Program-made: the position numbers and the translations under genes | Source of the DNA: Candidatus Poribacteria bacterium | GTDB taxonomy: Bacteria > Poribacteria > WGA-4E > WGA-3G | NCBI GenBank assembly: GCA_965215265.1 | Contig: OZ244048.1 | Span: 400,917-464,916, forward strand | Direction: 5' to 3' | DNA: 64,000 bases | Shown here: positions 59,621-64,000 of the stretch, piece by piece | How the letters are laid out: every line of letters begins with the position of its first letter | Position numbering within the stretch: the first letter of the stretch is position 1 | The notes under the pieces: model-generated | What the model saw: the letters and a program-made list of their open reading frames with translations, nothing else | Database searches by the model: none | What the model was told of the DNA's origin: nothing

Positions 59621-61285
59621 GTGACTCATGCCAAATTCCGGGACAAAAATCCCAAACTGCAAAAGCCAAAACTCGCACTCGGACTAGATTCAAGCACACA
59701 GAGCCTCTCTGCCATCCTCATTGATATTGATAAAGCAGAGAAGCACTTTGAGCACGCCCTAGACTATCGCACCGACGAACGACTAAACCGGTTCGGGCTC
59801 GGAGAAGACTATATACTACCCTCACCAGTTGAAGGACAGGCAGAACAACCACCGCTCATCTACCTCGCATCCATTGATGCAATGTTCGCTGACATGCAAG
59901 CAGCGGATGTTCCGATCGAGGACATCGTTGTTATCAACACATCCGGGCAACAGCACGGACACGTCTATCTTAACCGCAGCGCAGCGCAGCGCCTCCAGAT
60001 ACTAAACCAGCCTGAAAGCAGTCAAGCCAATCTGAAAGAGCTGCTCACCGAAATTTTCGCATATCCCACCGCACCCATCTGGATGACTTCCAACACCCTC
60101 CAGCAAACTGAGCAGCTCAGAAAGGCCGTTGGCGGAAAACAACGCATGGTGCAACTCTCCGGCTCTGACGCTCCGCTCCGCTTTACAGGAACCATCATGC
60201 AACGCGTCGCCGAGCAATTCCCCGAACTCTACCACCAAACCGCCAACATTCAACTTATTAGCAGTTTTATACCCGCAATACTCACAGCAAATAGCCTCGT
60301 ACCTATTGATTACGGAAACGCTTGCGGCATGTCACTCATGAATTACCGCACAAAAATGTGGGAACCAGAATTATTAGAGGCAACCGCACACAGATTGCCC
60401 GGCGGCACACAGGAATTCCGCAGCAAACTACCAACTCTCGCACGTCCTGACGCTGCTGTCGGAACAATTGCAAATTACTATATTCAAAAATACGGGTTCT
60501 CCCCAGCCTGCACCATCATAGCCGGCTCAGGAGACAACCCCCAGGCGAAAGTCCCTGTTGCCGGAGATCTGCTCAGCCTCGGAACCAGCTTCGTCAATAT
60601 GGTAGCAACCGACGGCAATACGCTTGATCCTGAAGGTTTTGCTAACGCCATGTACGACGGCATCGGACGCCCTTTTATGTTCGGCTGCAGAACCAACGGC
60701 GCAATGGTATGGGACGCTGTCAGAAATCGATACGGACTCGCTAAAGAGGAATACGCACCCGCAGAAGCAGCACTCCAAGACGCACCACCCGGACAATTCA
60801 TGACGTTCTGGCAACCAAAAAACGAATCCTTCCCCCTTTCCGGGGCATTTGAACTCAGACGAACATCGCAGACACGCAACCCTACACTAGGAGAAGATTA
60901 TGCAGGCGTTATCGAGACAAGCCTCGCCTCTGTTTACCTCTATTCTCAGGGGTTTACTAAACAAAACCAAGCACCGCTCTTTGTTACTGGAGGTGCCACT
61001 GAAAGCCCCGAAATTATGCGACGCGTCGCCGGAATTTGGAATAGACCAGCCATCCCTATAGAAAAGGGCGGGGCCGCACTCGGCGCCGCTGTCGCAGGCG
61101 CAAACGCGTATTGCAAACAAAACAGCCTACCCTTTGACATAGAGACTTTTAGTGCAGCTGTCTTGAAACGCAGTGAACCCATACAGCCAAACTCTACCGA
61201 TGTCCAAGCATACCATACGCAAGGAAAATATCTACACCGTTTTTATCAACTTTACCAGAAAATTATCGCCGAGAATCCTATATAA
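59621..61285 (+). CDS. FGGY-family carbohydrate kinase (xylulokinase/ribulokinase-like)
   Basis: N-terminal LALGLDSSTQS (FGGY_N), about 550 aa, with a C-terminal FGGY_C glycine-rich region (FVTGGATESPEI). Confidence 0.65.
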   Translation: MTHAKFRDKNPKLQKPKLALGLDSSTQSLSAILIDIDKAEKHFEHALDYRTDERLNRFGLGEDYILPSPVEGQAEQPPLIYLASIDAMFADMQAADVPIEDIVVINTSGQQHGHVYLNRSAAQRLQILNQPESSQANLKELLTEIFAYPTAPIWMTSNTLQQTEQLRKAVGGKQRMVQLSGSDAPLRFTGTIMQRVAEQFPELYHQTANIQLISSFIPAILTANSLVPIDYGNACGMSLMNYRTKMWEPELLEATAHRLPGGTQEFRSKLPTLARPDAAVGTIANYYIQKYGFSPACTIIAGSGDNPQAKVPVAGDLLSLGTSFVNMVATDGNTLDPEGFANAMYDGIGRPFMFGCRTNGAMVWDAVRNRYGLAKEEYAPAEAALQDAPPGQFMTFWQPKNESFPLSGAFELRRTSQTRNPTLGEDYAGVIETSLASVYLYSQGFTKQNQAPLFVTGGATESPEIMRRVAGIWNRPAIPIEKGGAALGAAVAGANAYCKQNSLPFDIETFSAAVLKRSEPIQPNSTDVQAYHTQGKYLHRFYQLYQKIIAENPI

Positions 61286-61333
61286 GACGCACCACACCAG
61301 AAACTCTCGGCTCGTCCTACAGAAATACAACCC

Positions 61334-61804
61334 ATGAAAAACAAATTGACGCACTTTGACCAAAAAGGAAACGCACGCATGGTGAATGTCGGGGACAAAC
61401 CCGAAACATTGCGCATCGCCATCGCACACGGACACGTTACTGCAAAGCCCGAAACCTTGCAATTAATTACAGAACAACGCATCAAGAAGGGCGATGTCTT
61501 AGAAGTCGCACGCCTCGCCGGCATCATGGCAGCGAAACGCACCAGCGAACTCATACCTTTGTGTCACCCGCTCGCACTCACCTCCATCCGCGTCACATTA
61601 ACCCTTGATGACAAAAAAATAAAAATTGAAGCTGAAGTCCAAACGGTCGGACGCACCGGCGTAGAAATGGAAGCACTCACAGCCGTCTCAATCGCCGCAC
61701 TTACCATCTACGATATGTGCAAAGCAGTCGACAGGGAGATGCAAATCTCTGAAGTCAAATTAGTCAAAAAGACTGGAGGAAAAAGTGGTGAATATTTTCG
61801 ATAG
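61334..61804 (+). CDS. moaC: cyclic pyranopterin monophosphate synthase
   Basis: [15 protein letters not shown]...[29 protein letters not shown], the signature MoaC sequence. Confidence 0.85.
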   Translation: MKNKLTHFDQKGNARMVNVGDKPETLRIAIAHGHVTAKPETLQLITEQRIKKGDVLEVARLAGIMAAKRTSELIPLCHPLALTSIRVTLTLDDKKIKIEAEVQTVGRTGVEMEALTAVSIAALTIYDMCKAVDREMQISEVKLVKKTGGKSGEYFR

Positions 61805-64000
61805 AAGCATCAAAGCCAAACCCGGTTTAAACCTTGCTGACAACTACGACAACACAAACAGAACCTCCGGCCGGTATAAACCTTCACATCTCACTCTAAT
61901 CTATGCCGTTCTAATCTGCTCGCTTCTCTTAATACCCACAACCGGCTTTCCAGCAGATTACGTGATGCTTATCGGCGGTGTCGGCGGCGAAAAATCCTTC
62001 TATGATGATTTCTGGAGCGCAACTTCCCGATTACATAAACTCCTCACAGAAGAATATAGCTACTCACACCAACAGATAACATTTCTCTTTGAAGATGAAG
62101 GCGACGCATCCGGCATAGTTGATGCACAAGCCAAGCGCGAAACGATTTTAGCAGCCTTCAATCAACTCGCAGAGAAAATTCAAACCACAGACCGATTCAT
62201 CCTCTTCATGATCGGACATGCAGCGCGCTCCGCGCAAGGTGTCAAATTTAATCTACCCGGCCGCGATATTAGTGAAGCCGAATACGCACACAGCATTAAC
62301 CGAATACCTACCAAAAACAAGGTCTTAATCTTCGGATTCCCTTATAGTGCAAAGTTCGTCCCAAACGTCACCGCCCCAGGCACCATCATTATCACCTCAA
62401 GCTCACCCAATGAAGGCTACTCCTTACAAGCAGGATTCGGCGACGTTTTTGTTGATGCCTTCTCAACCACCGACGCAGATACAAATATTGACGGAGTTGT
62501 CTCTCTCTTAGAGGCGTTTTTATGGCTACAGCAGCGCACCAAGGAATGGTACGAAAATGACGGCTCCGTCCAATCTGAACACCCATACTTAGAAGACAAC
62601 GGCGACGGCAGTCCATCACGAAAAGATATTGAAGAAACCTCTCCCGAATCGGACGGAAAACTCGCCGCAAATACATTTTTCGGACAGCGACGCACTCCTC
62701 TGCCCCAGCCAACGCAAACACCAGAAACAGAACCCAACTCCCTCGCTGAACACATACCCGAATTTTCGAACACCGACAATAAAGAGATACCACCAAACAA
62801 CACTTCATCAATCCCTTATGATTTCATCAGCGAACAGGACGAACTGGCAATCCAAAACGCCATTCAAAATGCACCCAATCAAAAACAACTACCCAACGCC
62901 GGCGCAGTTATATTATGGGAAGGCATCGACATTGACATCGATGAGCAGAGCCGATATATCTATTCCACACGCAGAATTGTCAAAATATTCAACGAAGACG
63001 GATACGGCTTAGGTGAAGTCAGCATCCCTTACATGCGGGGCAGAGACGATGTCACCATCCATCACGCCAAAACTTTTAAACCTACAGGGAAAACCGTCGA
63101 ACTCAACCCTAACGAAATCATACGAGATATACCCCCACCAAGTGCCGTAGAAGCAGGACTCTACGTCGACGCACGACTCATGCACTTCACAATGCCCGAA
63201 CTTACCAACGGATGCATCATAGACTACGCCTATTCTACAAACAACTTAGGACACATCATGAACGGAGAATTCTGGCGACAAGTCTTCTTCCAAACATCCG
63301 AACCCGTTCAATACTATCGATTTACTGCGCACATCCCTAAGAAAAAGCAGCTCTATTATCAAATCCTCGGCCCAAACATTGAACCAACAATCACAGAGAA
63401 CAACTACACCCGCACATATACCTTCGAGACGCGAGATGTTCCACCTCTAACCCAGGAATACCTCATGCCACCACCACAAGATCTCGCATATAACATCAGC
63501 ATCTCATCACTCGATTCCTGGGATAAACTCGTAACATGGTACGCAACGCTCATCCGCGAACAAGATACAATGACCACGGCTATCCAAGCTAAAACCGACG
63601 AACTACTCAGAGGAACACGCAATCGCGCAGAGAAAATTAAGCGACTTTATGAATACGTCGCAACACAAATCCGGTACCTCGGACTAGAACTCGGAATCTG
63701 GGCCATTAAACCCTACTCCGCTGATACCGTACTAAAGAATGGTAGAGGCGACTGTAAGGATAAAACAACACTCCTTTCCACTATGCTCAAGCACGCCGGC
63801 ATCCCCTCATATCCCGTGCTCATCTCTGCTGGAGACGCACGCGAAATCGTCACAGAAATCCCTTCGCTCGCATATTTCAATCATATGATCCTCGCCGTCG
63901 AAGCCGACAAAGGCAAAGAACTCTTATGGCTTGACCCTACCGCATCCACATGTGCTTTTGGCGACTTGCCCGCCGGAGATCAGGACAGATGGACCCTCAT
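61786..64000 (+). CDS. secreted multi-domain protein: C13/caspase-like N-terminal domain, DUF3857-like middle and transglutaminase-like cysteine-protease core; 3' end runs off the window
   Basis: Open frame from the GTG at 61786 to the window end, so it is absent from the ORF track. Signal anchor [26 protein letters not shown] (caspase-like His). Transglutaminase core [26 protein letters not shown]. Confidence 0.6.

Noticed and set aside
1-64000. Mobile genetic elements (IS, integron, prophage)
   Set aside because: I could not recognise any transposase (DDE), tyrosine or serine recombinase motif, terminal inverted repeat or phage structural gene in any frame. The defense island therefore has no visible mobility module within this window.

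Overview
The window is a 64 kb bacterial chromosomal segment of about 50 % GC. It is densely coded, with no rRNA, tRNA, CRISPR array, transposase or integrase that I could recognise. The housekeeping and accessory-metabolism background (several phytanoyl-CoA dioxygenase paralogs, xylose-isomerase-like TIM barrels, Gfo/Idh/MocA, TPR, FG-GAP/ASPIC-UnbV and secreted LamG proteins) is the kind seen in PVC-group or similar environmental bacteria; that taxonomic hint is inference only. Housekeeping genes I recognise by sequence are an ECF sigma/anti-sigma pair, HtrA, nagB, serA, tatA, trxB, moaC, msrA and a sigma-54 NtrC-type regulator. The central part (about 10.7-36.3 kb) is a defense island. It holds (i) a Dam-family N6-adenine methyltransferase with a consensus promoter. 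It holds (ii) a compact Type II R-M pair, a PD-(D/E)xK nuclease plus a beta-class N4/N6 methyltransferase. It holds (iii) a seven-gene minus-strand operon at 17.0-27.4 kb. Its parts individually resemble phosphorothioation machinery: a DUF4007/SspB-like protein, a large P-loop NTPase, a short PAPS-reductase/PP-loop DndC/SspD-like protein and an SMC-like DndD-type ATPase carrying a Rad50-like CxC hook. These are interleaved with a PLD-nuclease-SF2 helicase fusion and two small ORFs. This combination matches neither canonical DndBCDE-DndFGH nor SspABCD-SspE/SspFGH as I know them, and I consider it the best candidate for an undescribed modification-restriction system here. It holds (iv) a standalone 288-aa HNH nuclease directly upstream, possibly modification-dependent. 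It holds (v) an MmeI-family Type IIG R-M gene split by a +/-1 frameshift exactly at a C9 homopolymer, a candidate phase-variable locus. A G10 tract also lies in the leader of the PT-like operon. Other oddities are a 3 x roughly 128-bp tandem repeat rich in a CACGAAA/TTTCGTG motif sitting behind a consensus sigma70 promoter, a tandemly duplicated UxaA-like dehydratase, three paralogous secreted LamG proteins with conserved termini, a decayed yqeY pseudogene and a frameshifted PhyH gene. All functional calls come from motif recognition by eye; no database search was run.
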